In this document: piece after piece, positions 12,727 through 23,898 of the stretch
Numbering within the stretch: the stretch's first letter is position 1
Layout: every line of letters begins with the position of its first letter
Assembly (NCBI GenBank): GCA_977020255.1
Contig: CDROCS010001889.1
Location: forward strand, 310,001-374,000
Direction: 5' to 3'
From: Obrimoposthia wandeli
Lineage: Eukaryota
DNA: 64,000 bases
The notes under the pieces: model-generated
What the model was told of the DNA's origin: nothing
Seen by the model: only the letters and a program-made list of their open reading frames with translations
Databases searched by the model: none
Position numbers and translations under genes: made by a program

Positions 12727-13549
12727 TATTTTAAATAGTCTGAGATTTAAATGAAGAAAGTGTTTGCTTATATACTAAAATTTATGCACACATGCTCTTT
12801 TCTTATTGGATGAAAAAATTGAATTTATTTCTCTACTGAGACGGATTTTTTATCTGTTATTGGTTGATAATATTATTGTTTATATTTTTTATTTCTCCAA
12901 TTAAAAGGCTTATTTGTAATTGGATGAAAAATTTATTTTGTAAATAATGAATTTCTCCAATTAGAAGAATTGTTTATCTACCTGTCAAGTAATAATAAGA
13001 TGGACTTAAACATTTTTTATATGCGCAATGGTCACCATGATCACTATATGGACAGCAAATATTTTGCGAAATTTTTAATAGATGATCACTTAAAATATTT
13101 AAAGTATTCAATCTCAAATTTGACAAATATTTTTTAAAGTCTTATACTTTTTGCGATCCATTTCATCTAAAACATAAAAAAAATCCATTTTCAATATCAA
13201 AATTAGATTTAATGGTATCGAAAATACATATTTCACAAAAAGCCTTATGTCCTTCTTTCCATTTTAATAAATGAAAATAATTAGTTTGATATAAATTAGT
13301 AAATTTTTTCTTATAATCTAAACTCCTAAACGGGATATCTACATGAAATATGAAATGCAGAGAATGACAAACGTTGCATATATCCATAATACATAATTCT
13401 TTTATAATATAATCCCCATTTTTTTTAATGAAAGCCTCAAAGTTTATGATATATTCTTGCCTAATTACACATATAAGTGTTGGGATATTAATTAAAAGAA
13501 ATAATTAATTTTTAAGTCAATTTAAATTGACATTTAATATTTATCAAAA

Positions 13550-14340
13550 ATGCCAACAATTTGGGAGGTTTTCAAGTTCAGCCTCCGACGGGGTGGTCCC
13601 GTTTCGCCTTGCCAGGCTCATCAGGAAGGCGGCTAGTTAATTGATAAAGATAAGAAAGTGGTTTTTACCACCAAAGTTTTCCGCCCAGCTCCTACCACCT
13701 CTCCAATCAAACTCTTCCTCTTTTGCCAATTCTGCTGCTGCGAGGATTTCCGCAGATATTCTCGTGTTTCCTGATCGCAGTCGTCAGCAGCATTGACAAC
13801 GACATGCAGACACGGATCGATCTAGATCAGCAGTGGCAGCAACAACAACTGCTACACTCGCAGAAAGTCCGGATCCCAGACTGTCAATTCCCCTTCCACT
13901 ATCTCGGGCAGCTCTAGATCTCTCCCTGCCAACTGCACTGTTGTCGGCGGTTCCTCCCTGATACCAGCACTGCCCATCGGCTTCTTGGCCAGCACAGTTT
14001 TTCTTCAATCATCCTTCACCGTTTCCCTCAGCTGCACATGTGTGTGGGCCGGGGATTATTGGTTTTCCCCATCTTCCCAAATTCTCTCTCTATCAGAGAA
14101 GATCTCTCGGACACACACTCACCTGCCCAATGCCCGCCTGTCTGTGCTAGACCGCCGAATCGTGACCTTATCAATATTGGAGTTATCTCTGGACATGACG
14201 TCCTCCTCAATCGGTTCCAGTGTGGCCAACCAGATCAGCAACAACTTCCAATAATGCCTGACACAATTATTATCATCTCTGGCCTATTCAGTAGTTGCCT
14301 TGACACATCGATTTTACAGTGTGTGTGTCTCTCTTTCTAG
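13550..14340 (+). pseudogene. Cys-rich cargo gene (family copy 3), decayed
   Basis: AAAAATG start; shares CCTTGCCAGGCTC...GATAAG with the other copies; residual motifs IPDCQFPF, HTLTCPMPAC, FQCGQPD in shifting frames. Confidence 0.45.
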
Positions 14341-14479
14341 ATGGAATTTTTCAGCGGCGACATTTGACAGTGATGGCCGATTTATCCCATATAAAACAGT
14401 AGAGTTACAGCGAGACACCACGCATTTCTAGTGACTGTAGGAAAATTTTGACAACAATTTCCTGTGCAAAAGTATTGAA

Positions 14480-14685
14480 TATTATCCAAATATATTGAAA
14501 CTGATATTGACTATTATCCAAATATATTGAAACACAATTGTCTGAATCTATCAATCCGCAGAAGCTAAAATATATAACCCTTTTTGCGAAGCGATATTGA
14601 CTATTATCCAAATATATTGCAACTGATATTGACTATTATCCAAATATATTGAAACTGAAATTGAACCTTATCCAAATATATTTTC
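14480..14685. repeat. 32-bp tandem repeat in two blocks
   Basis: GATATTGACTATTATCCAAATATATTG(A/C)AACT, ~5 copies. Confidence 0.9.
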
Positions 14686-15125
14686 CCTGGAACCTGTTAA
14701 CATAAGTAACAAATCCCTTTGTTTATAACGAATCAAAATAAGAAACCATTAATTAAAAATTTATTATAATATCAAAGTACTCAGGATTCATTTATCTCGT
14801 TAAGATTGGTACACATTTTCAATTCTTCTATGAATATTAAAATAAATTATATTAAATGTAAACATACCTAAATATTTTGAAAGTAAATTACATATTTTAT
14901 CTGCAACAATTTCCGGAGTATCATTTTTTGAGAATTTTTTTTTTCATAATCTTCCATTAAATCTGTAGATAATTTAATGTATAATTTATTCCAATTTATT
15001 TTATCATCCATTTTATAAAAAAACATAATATATAAAATTGTTTAGATTTAGTATGCTTATGTAAAATATTTAGACAATTATGAAAACACAAAAATAATCA
15101 ATAAAGCCAAAAGAAAAAATATTTT

Positions 15126-15425
15126 TCATTCAGCTTTAATCTGGCGGATTCTCTTTCTTACAGATCGCCGATTGTCCTCCATCTCCTCTTCTCTTTTTTC
15201 ATCCAGTTTATTTTTTTCCAATTCAATCTTTTTGATCCACTCCACGATCCGTTTTCGTTCTGCTAGCCGCCTGTCTTGAATTTCGACCCGACGATTCCAC
15301 TCGGTCGCGACAGCAGCGTAGAGATTCTGATTGAGGACCCTCTTTCTTAAATCTCCTTTCTTCTCATTTCTCCTGATGTTTTCTTCAATCTTCGTCACTA
15401 GACTTTTCATTTTAATGAATTCCAT
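15126..15425 (-). CDS. Intact 99-aa charged coiled-coil-like protein, unknown function
   Basis: Uninterrupted E/K/R-rich ORF; AAAAAATG context; TATA-like run ~40 nt upstream; higher GC than the flanks. Confidence 0.6.
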   Translation of the reverse strand: MEFIKMKSLVTKIEENIRRNEKKGDLRKRVLNQNLYAAVATEWNRRVEIQDRRLAERKRIVEWIKKIELEKNKLDEKREEEMEDNRRSVRKRIRQIKAE

Positions 15426-15759
15426 TTTTTAATTATGAAGAGGTTAATAAATTTGAACCTATATATATATATAAATTTAAGATATTTTTAATCCAATCAC
15501 ATTCAATTAAATGATATATTTTTATTTATCAAATGACAGTTTAATAAATTTATAACTAATAATTGCATTTCTATTTAAACCTAAAAATTTTTAATGTTGA
15601 ATTATTCCTAATTAATCCAATTACATTCGAATAAGTTAACTATTTTTTCATCTTGATATTTTAATTAACTTAAAGATAGTATTTTAATATTTCTAAATTT
15701 GTAAAAGAAATTTAAAGTTTTTTAAAATAAATATAAAGAAGAAAAAGAAACATATGAAA

Positions 15760-17355
15760 TTATTGTTTATAAATTATATTTTTAAAAATCTTTACAAAGT
15801 CATCATTGGAATCATCCTCATCGATATCCCGCCGACTGAGTTTTATTGGAGGAAGCGGTACTGGCTCCTTCTTCTTTGGCCGGTCATGTTTCATTTTCGG
15901 CTTCACCGGTTGTTGTCTAACAATTGCCGTTCCCTGAGGTTTTGGCAATAGTTGCCACAACGTTTTGGGAGGAGGTGCAGCCGATGTTGATGGCCCGACA
16001 TAGAAGTAGTAGCTTTCCTCTTCCTTGGAGCTTTCTTCTGTTTCTCCTCCTTCTCACGCTGAAGCTGGCGTGAGACGGCATCCTGTTGCCCTCGCGAATC
16101 TGGAAGAATTGTCGGTGTATCCAGTTCCGCCAGGAATTCATCCAATCCAGCTTCATCTCAGGCCCTCTTCAAGTTCTGGCTGGTTGTTGGACGAGGAGAA
16201 GCAGTCTCCCAAGCCCTAGCCAAATTTTGACTGGTATCCAATGAAGCCGATGATGTTTCCTGTAGGCGTCGTTGACTTGGTGGCGGACTAATCTCGATCG
16301 GTGAGACTGGAATCCTCTCGTATAGAATTGGCCCGTCGTCCACTGGAGATGGGAGAATCTTCTGCCGTCCAATCACCGCCTCAGCAGAATGTCGAATTGT
16401 GGTGAAACATTTTCTCGAGCGCTTCGTCTTCTTCACATCTGCTCGCTTCGTCCGTTTCTTGGGGAAAGGAGTAATTTCTCCCAAGTCTCCTCAATTATCC
16501 GGACGGATTCCTGCAAAAGAAAACATTAATAAAATTCATTTATTTAAAAAATATATAAATAACTAAAAATCTATCTCAATAATCTGATACGGAAGTTTTT
16601 CCTGCCGCTCTATTGATACTTCAGTCGATTTGAGCAGACAAGATTTCGCCTTTTTAAAGCGCCTCGTCTTCCGTACAGCAGCCCGCTTCGTTCGTTTCTG
16701 CGGGAAAGGATAAATTTTGCCTCATGTCTCCTCAGTTTATTGTATTAGTTCCTGCAACAAAAAACATCAATAAAATTTAAACATATAAATAATTTACCTC
16801 AATGACGGGCAAGTTAGCCTGTTTCACAAACTTGGCCTTCTTCCGATGGACCGTGTGAATTTTGACCTGATGGCGTCGAGGTTTCTTAACCGCCGCTTGC
16901 TTCCTATCAACGGGTAGTCTGAGAGTTGCCTCCTCCAAAATTTCCTCCACTAATTCGGCTTCCTATGTGAATAATTAAAATTATTATCTAATTTATAATA
17001 ATTTACCTCAATTTTATCCGGAGTCGGTAGGTATCGCTGCTCACTCCTGGGATCATTCTAGCTACATTGACTCGCCAAGTACTGCAGTTCAATCAGCCTA
17101 TCCGCCGTGGTCAGTGACGGTGCCAAATCCAGTTGATGTTTCTAAAAATGAAATTAAAAAACATTTTAAATAAATTAATAGACTAACCTCATTCGTCGCC
17201 TTTATTCTCCTAACAGGACGTATTGGAGATTGCGGCTTTCTGAACGGTTCAGGCATCGTATTGTCGGTTATCGGAGTTGGAGTTCCAAAGGGAGTGAGAC
17301 CATCCCAATCGTCGGTGAACAGGTGCCACTCATCTTCGTCCAATTCTGCCACCAT
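15760..17355 (-). pseudogene. Five-exon gene for a basic, Pro/Ser-rich disordered protein, inactivated
   Basis: Exons 17355-17188, 17141-17007, 16962-16798, 16751-16575, 16510-15760; introns 46, 44, 46, 64 nt, all phase 0; in-frame stops, frameshifts, and the last donor mutated GT>AT. Confidence 0.75.
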
Positions 17356-17394
17356 CGACTCGTTGGCTCCTGAGGCTCCGATACTTGGCTGTAT

Positions 17395-17890
17395 CCATTT
17401 GATCAGTTTTCAATAGTATATTTAGTCTCCGGCAATTGTGAATCCCCCAAATAAATAGAGATAATATATTTTTCCTGAATCCCACAAATAAAATTGATCA
17501 GTTTTCAATAGTATATTTTGTCTCCGGCAATTGTGAATCCCACAAATAAATAGAGATAATATATTTTTCCTGAATCCCACAAATAAAATTGATCAGTTTT
17601 CAATAGTATATTTTGTCTCCGGCAATTGTGAATCCCACAAATAAATAGAGATAATATATTTTTCCTGAATCCCACAAATAAAATTGATCAGTTTTCAATA
17701 GTATATTTTGTCTCCGGCAATTGTGAATCCCACAAATAAATAGAGATAGTATATTTTGTCTCCGGCAATTGTGAATCCCACAAATAAATAGAGATAATAT
17801 ATTTTTCCTGAATCCCACAAATAAAATTGATCAGTTTTCAATAGTATATTTTGTCTCCGGCAATTGTGAATCTCACAAATAAATAGTTAT
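17395..17890. repeat. 95-bp tandem array (~5 copies, one with a 47-bp internal duplication)
   Basis: GATCAGTTTT at 17401, 17496, 17591, 17686, 17828. Confidence 0.95.
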
Positions 17891-17991
17891 GAAATTTTTT
17901 GTGGAAATTTCTGTATTGCTTTATTTTTGTAGAGCCTGACAGAAATCATGCTGTTATATATGTCAGGGAAATAAAACTGTTGTGCAGACTT

Positions 17992-18715
17992 TTACCAGTC
18001 GATGATCGAGACTGGGCATAAACAAGTGCATCTGTTACAGATGTGTGCGTGTAACATTGACAAAGTCGGCACACAGACCGGGAGGAGAGAGAGAGTTGTG
18101 TCAATTCTGGCTGATGTTGATAAATCCCTCTTTGATAGGAAAGGAGGTAGCGTTATACCTTTTCTCTCTCTCTCTCACACACACGCACACACAAAAATGT
18201 TTAGTAAAATGTTTGCAATGGCGACTTGCATAATGATAGGAGGAAACCGATGAGGCAATAAATGAGAGGGATAGGTGCAGCACACAAACACAGCCGTTGT
18301 TGTTGGTGCTGAAATAAGTGGCAGCACCTGTTAGAGAGGAGAAACTGCTAAGAAGTCCATCATCTTCGTCATCTTTGGGGGAGAGAAAACCGGACTGCAT
18401 CCGAGGAAGGCAGTCAGGACAGCGGAGGTTGCCGAGCGATGAAGGTATGGAAGGAGGTTCGGCGAAGATGGTCAGGAATTGTGGAGTGGCGCTGATCCAT
18501 TGATCAAGGCAGCTGGACCAGACCTGTCGCTGGCCGAGAAAGGGCAGACCGCCGCCGCATCCGCTGTTATTGCTGGGCTGAAAAATCTTTGGTGGTCAAA
18601 ACCACTTCCTTATCTCCATCAAAAAAAACTAGCCGCCTTCCTGATGAGCCTGGCAAGGCGAAACGGGACCACCCCGTCGGAGGCTGAATTTGAAAACCTC
18701 CCAAATTGTTGGCAT
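17992..18715 (-). pseudogene. RING-like cargo gene (family copy 4), decayed
   Basis: The 5' end is an inverted near-copy of the 13470-13640 region; residual motifs LRCPDC, LCLCAAPIPLIYC...FLCVRVC, HAHICNRCTCLCPVS. Confidence 0.5.
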
Positions 18716-18754
18716 TTTTGATAAGTATTAAATGTCAATTTAAATTGACTTAAA

Positions 18755-19312
18755 TTAATTATTTTTAATTAATTTCCCAACACATTCATCGATGAATGGA
18801 GTCAAGTCCTCCTCCCCATCATACGGTACGTCATCGGTGAATAGCTCCTCGTCTGAGTCTGGTGCGAGTACTATCTCCGGCTGAGACAGCGGGATCAATT
18901 TCCAAAGGCGTTTGATTGCCGCCTTAAAATTGTTGAAGATATTGGATCTCCTTGCTGCTACTGCTGAAGTTGCTGGACGAGTGGCTTCTGTGTTCTGCCG
19001 GGGAGTACAGTCTTCCCAATTCTCAATCGAATCTTGACTAGGCAGGTTGATATATTGGGATCTCTGTATCCCACCTCTCGCATTCATTGGTACTTCTCTC
19101 GGAGTTGAGCTGGCCAATGGCGATACTTCTAGTAACAGCTTCGCTCTTCCTGCTGCTTCTCCTTTGTCTCCTTTGTTCACCACCGACGAGTCTTGACTAA
19201 GTAAGTCAATGTACTGCGCCGGTGGTGGCGTTCGCTGCTGTACTGGAGAGAGATCCCCATACAGTTGAGCCTCCATCTCTTCGTCTAGATCAACGTTGTT
19301 GTAGAATGGCAT
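18755..19312 (-). CDS. Intact 185-aa acidic/Pro-Ser-rich, probably disordered protein
   Basis: MPFYNNVDLDEEMEAQLYGDLSP...; TATATAAG at 19359-19366; internal repeat QYIDLLSQDS / QYINLPSQDS. The ORF track's upstream start at 19420 lies upstream of the TATA and is probably not used. Confidence 0.65.
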   Translation of the reverse strand: MPFYNNVDLDEEMEAQLYGDLSPVQQRTPPPAQYIDLLSQDSSVVNKGDKGEAAGRAKLLLEVSPLASSTPREVPMNARGGIQRSQYINLPSQDSIENWEDCTPRQNTEATRPATSAVAARRSNIFNNFKAAIKRLWKLIPLSQPEIVLAPDSDEELFTDDVPYDGEEDLTPFIDECVGKLIKNN

Positions 19313-20046
19313 TGTTGATTTATGATTTTGATTTATGAAAAATAAGGAAAGAGGTTTCCTTATATACAAAAAACAACAGACTAACCCTCTTTTGTCGTTT
19401 AATGAGAGTGGGTTATTCAAATAATTTATTTGAAACTCCGTAGGCTTTTCTCAATTTTTCAACTACGTTTGAATGCGGGAATGTCATTGGATAAATAAAT
19501 ATTTCATTCGAAAATAGAACTATTTTCTTAAGTTTTTTTTGACTGAGTTCAATGTCCAATAAGAGTGTATTATTCAAATAATTTATAGTATTTTCTTAAT
19601 CTTTGTTGATGATTGAATACATGTATATCTGTGGATTTAAAATAGTAATATTTTCTTGACTGTACATGTTTGGAGGGTATAATGTAAGAAAAACTAGCCT
19701 TTTGAATGTATATGGATATAAATTATAATAAGGAAACTTTTTTCGCGACCCTGTATATATGTATTGCTCGTCAGGCCAATGCGGGCCCGAAGGGCACGCG
19801 TTGACCCTTAGATGGCCTTTCAGGCCATTCCTCACTCTCGGAGAGCACTATGAGATTTTCAATATTTAAGGGTGTTATATGGGGTTAATTAGTTTTTTTG
19901 AGTGTTGGGGTGGGGTAGAAAATTTCACTCCACACACAAACGAAATTTTACTCCACACACATGCACGGTTTTAAAGGACAGTGGTACCCCCGGGGGAGGG
20001 GGTGGATTATACCGGACACATCCACCTACTATCTCTTTCTCTGGTT

Positions 20047-21231
20047 TGTAGTATTTAGTGTTGGTACTAACTCAAAACAATAAACCACAGCGGGTAAGGC
20101 TTTGTTGCTTTGAGTTAGTACCAACAATATAGGCCTTTAAATGTCTAAATATAGTCAAAATAACGTACAAAGTAGTCAAAATGATCAATCAATTCTCGAA
20201 ATCGTGCATATGACGCCAACGGTAATAGATCCGCCCTTTGCTGCAAAACTACTTTGGTGTCATATGCATGATTTCAAGACTTTTTCAAATATTGCGTAAT
20301 TTCCTACGGTTTAAACAAAGATGATGATTTTAAGTGACCATTGTCTCCCTTGCGGATCCTCCTAAGAGGGAGCCATTCATCCGAAGACCGAGCAGTACCT
20401 TTGGCAAAGAATATATTAAATGTATATTTTGTTCATAATAAAAAGACGATAAAACTAAAATCAATATATATTAAACTTTCTTTTGTCCTTCTGTAATTCT
20501 TCATATAGGCTTCTGTCTCCCGAGCTTATCGACTTTGAATCCTTGAATTTGAACGAATAAAATCCAATATTTTCTTTTGTGAAATTCTTCTTCAGAGTAA
20601 TTATATAATCCATAGATTAGATTTTCATCGGCTCTAAGGAAAGTACTAAAGTTTTCATTTTTAATATCCAACTTCATTCCTTTGAAAATAGCAAATAATA
20701 TTATTAATATCCGTATTGTGGATTCTCGAGATGACATAATCAAACTTGGATTTTGTTAGTATAACAGGTTATAGAATTCCATAAGTAAAATGTGTCTTGA
20801 AGAAATTCATTGGATAGCTGAAATTAGGTACAGCTTCATTAAACATGTTTTCATTGAAAATATCTTCTAATTCTGATACATCATCGTAATCTATGTGGAT
20901 TGCGTTAACCTTGGTTGCATTTAAAATTCCATTCTTTGTCTTTTTCGTGGTCTCCAAAATCGGTTTTTGTAAATTGAACATAATTAATGAGAAAAAACTG
21001 AAATGTTTTGATAGTTATAGTTGACTACTTGAATCTGATGGTTGTTGATTATCATTGGATAATATGAAACTATATAAGTCTGTGACACCATCAATCACAT
21101 AAGGAAAATAATCAATATAAATTATAAAGATAAATTTAATGGAAGTGTTGGTCACTTCCCTTTTCGATCAAAGAAACATATACAATATGTTGAAAAGGTA
21201 AAGGATTATACTAATGTTATATTTCCATCAG

Positions 21232-21277
<46 letters not shown>

Positions 21278-22650
21278 TCTTATTACTATTTAGGCTCATG
21301 CAGGATTATAGGTTGCAAACAACCAATCAAACATGCTCAAAATATAGAAATTGAACGTATTTAATCTCTAAGTATCCTAGTGAATATCAACAAGAAGGTT
21401 AATCTGTATAAGATATCTATTAAAATGGGAAGAAATTGTATGTTTGATCCAGAATTGTTTCCAGCACTCAGAATTTTAAAGTTTAATACTCTATGTGTTA
21501 ATGTGTTTGGTAGGTAAAAAGTAATAATTCATGGTATAAAGGTTTTGATTACCATTGTCATGTTGAGTCTTTTGTATTTTTTCTTGAATGTTTCTTAAAA
21601 ACAAATATATGTTTTTCGCTTTTTGAAAATGCTTATTGATAATATACTTCATTATACTACTGTTAATAATGTTTTAGTTAAACGAAAAATAGAATATTCT
21701 AGAATAAAAGTTTTACATGTGAAATAAAGACATGAAAGTGAAAGATTGAAATCATTATTTATAAATTATAAAGGGAAACTATATAAAAGTGGTTTAGCTA
21801 AAGCCGGATTTTATAAACATGTTGATAATTTAACCGATAAATTAAAATGTATATTATCATTTGTAAACACATTCAATCATTTGTATATAATAATACAACG
21901 TTTGTGTTTAATCGCTTTATTTATTATATAGAATTAATTTGATTATTAAGGTTTTTATTTAATCGAAACACTTTAGTTTTATAATCATTTCATCATTATG
22001 GCATCAAGTACTTTCCATATGTTATGTGCTCTTTGCATCAATATTAAAAAAGACATTTTCAAAATATATGCATCTAGCAAATTTTTTATTATATTGTGCT
22101 CTGGAACTTTTCGAAGATAGGATATTAAAACCTTTTCTATACTACCATAGTAAGGTTTCATTTTTTAAAAATTTAACATACATTTAATAGCTATGGGAGA
22201 TATTCAATATTGTGATCACATGAAAAAATGATTTTTAATTGTATATTTATTTTTATTATTATACTTTAAATTTTTTCAAGGCCAAATGTGTTGCCCGGTC
22301 TTCGGATGAAGGACTCCCTTCTTAGGAGGCTCCACAAGGGAGACTTTGGTCACCTTATTTTTTTTAAACCGTGGGAAATAGCGCGATATTTAAAAAGTCT
22401 TGAAATCGTGCATATGACGCCAAAGTAGTTTTGTAATAAAGGGTACTTCCCCATGGGGCCTATTTCCGTTTGCGTCATATGCATGATTTTGAGACCAAAT
22501 TTAGGTCAAACCTTGAAATCGCGCTTACTGTCTTAAATATATTTTGCAGTAAAAGGTACCTCCTGGGGCGGGGATAGTGGCATCGTATGCAGGATTTCAA
22601 GACTAAATTTAGGTCAAGTCTTGAAATCGCGCATACTGCCTCAAATAAAT
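20047..22650. mobile_element. Second TIR element (AGTAGT-type left end) with palindromic subterminal repeats
   Basis: Left arm 20047-20405 starts TGTAGTATTTAGTGTTGGTACTAA; inverted copy at 22281-22650 (outer end missing); 1.9-kb AT-rich core with decayed ORFs. Confidence 0.7.
21377..22161 (-). pseudogene. Decayed tyrosine recombinase resembling nudivirus/baculovirus VLF-1
   Basis: MKPYYGSIEKVLISYLRKVPEHNIIKNLLDAYIL; LSCLYFTCKT (where TG-x-R is expected); KHFQKAKNIYL; TKHINT*SIKL*NSE; KHTISSHFNRYL with H-to-Y spacing of 9 codons, as in the VLF-1 motif NHESSASTKHYL. Based on remembered sequence only. Confidence 0.45.
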
Positions 22651-23579
22651 TTTACACTAAAAGGTCCTTATTAAAAAGAAATATTAGTAAAGTATTTTAA
22701 GTATATTAATATTATTATTTTTTGAAATTACAAGTATTTTATCAGAACCTTTTAATTTTATAAAACAAAATTGTTTTCACATAGCATAGTGTGTATTATT
22801 ACGTAATACATTCCTTACACGAGAAGAGTGAACTTTGACTTAAATTTTCACATAGCGTAACTGATTGATTACTGTAGATGTGTTTGGTACTTTAATATTT
22901 TATTTTAAAAAATCTGTTAAATCAAAATTTGTTTAACTTTAACAAAAAATAACAAATTAAATTGGCACAAATTAAAATTTCAAAAATTATTATTTTCCAC
23001 CAGCATCTCTTAATTTTATTAAACAAAATTGTTTAATTACATTAATAAAATTAATAAAAAAATGCGTAAATTTAAATATTTATAAAAAAATAATGGTAGT
23101 AAAGTATTTTGAGTTTGTTAAACATTTTTCCTTAATAGTTATTTTAAATAATGTTATTTTAATATTTTATTTTAGAAATCCGTTAAATAAAAATTTGCTT
23201 AACTTTAACAAAAACTAACGAATTAATTTGGTATAAATTTAAATTTGAAATATTTTTATTTTTGAAATTACAAGTATTCTTATTTTTCACCAGGACTTCA
23301 TAAGGTATGCATGATTATAAGAGTATGGTTGAACTCAATTTTGATAGACAAATACAACCATGTAATAAAATTATCATGTTTGTTCCAAATCTGACCCTTA
23401 ACTTGTGGAATTTTACATGATTAAACGCACAATATTTTGACAAACACAACCATGTACTTAAAACTTTGAAATTCAAACTGTTTTCAACCTTTCATCTATG
23501 GTTGGCTATACCTTTATGGATGAATTCGTATTTTAAAGATGATTCAAACCATGTACAAAAATATTGATATTTTAAACTT

Positions 23580-23898
23580 GATTTTGTCTTCATTTATGGA
23601 CGACCACAACCCTTTAGATGTGATGGCCAACCATAGCAGACCTCAACCATATCTTCAAACCTTCAAGTCAAAACTGAGTCTGACCCTAACATATATGGAT
23701 GACCACAACCCCTTGGGTATGTTTGTCGATCATAGACGTTCATGTTCATATCTTCAAACCTTCATAACCTTTCCGAACCAGATCCCTTGTGGTGTGACAC
23801 ATATACTCTTATGGTGTGACATCCTTATGGTGAGACAACATATACTCTTATGGTGTGACATCCTTATGGCGAGATAACATATACCCGTATGGTGTGAC
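23580..23898. repeat. Two ~100-bp repeats plus 39-bp tandem repeats
   Basis: ATGGA(C/T)GACCACAACCC...ATATCTTCAAACCTTCA twice; ATACTCTTATGGTGTGACATCCTTATGG repeated. Confidence 0.85.

Larger units (their letters stand above)
12242..20030. mobile_element. 7.8-kb TIR element with Maverick/Polinton-like termini, non-autonomous, carrying cargo genes
   Basis: Ends AGTAGGTGGATGTGTCCGGT...ACCGGACACATCCACCTACT (20/20); TIRs 12242-12474 and 19740-20030; flanks ACCTCT / ATCTCT (6-bp TSD, 1 mismatch); no pPolB, integrase, ATPase or capsid ORF recognised inside. Confidence 0.8.

Noticed and set aside
13723-18721. Numerous overlapping ORF-track calls on both strands in the GC-rich cargo region
   Set aside because: Most are shadow frames of the frameshifted genes reconstructed above.
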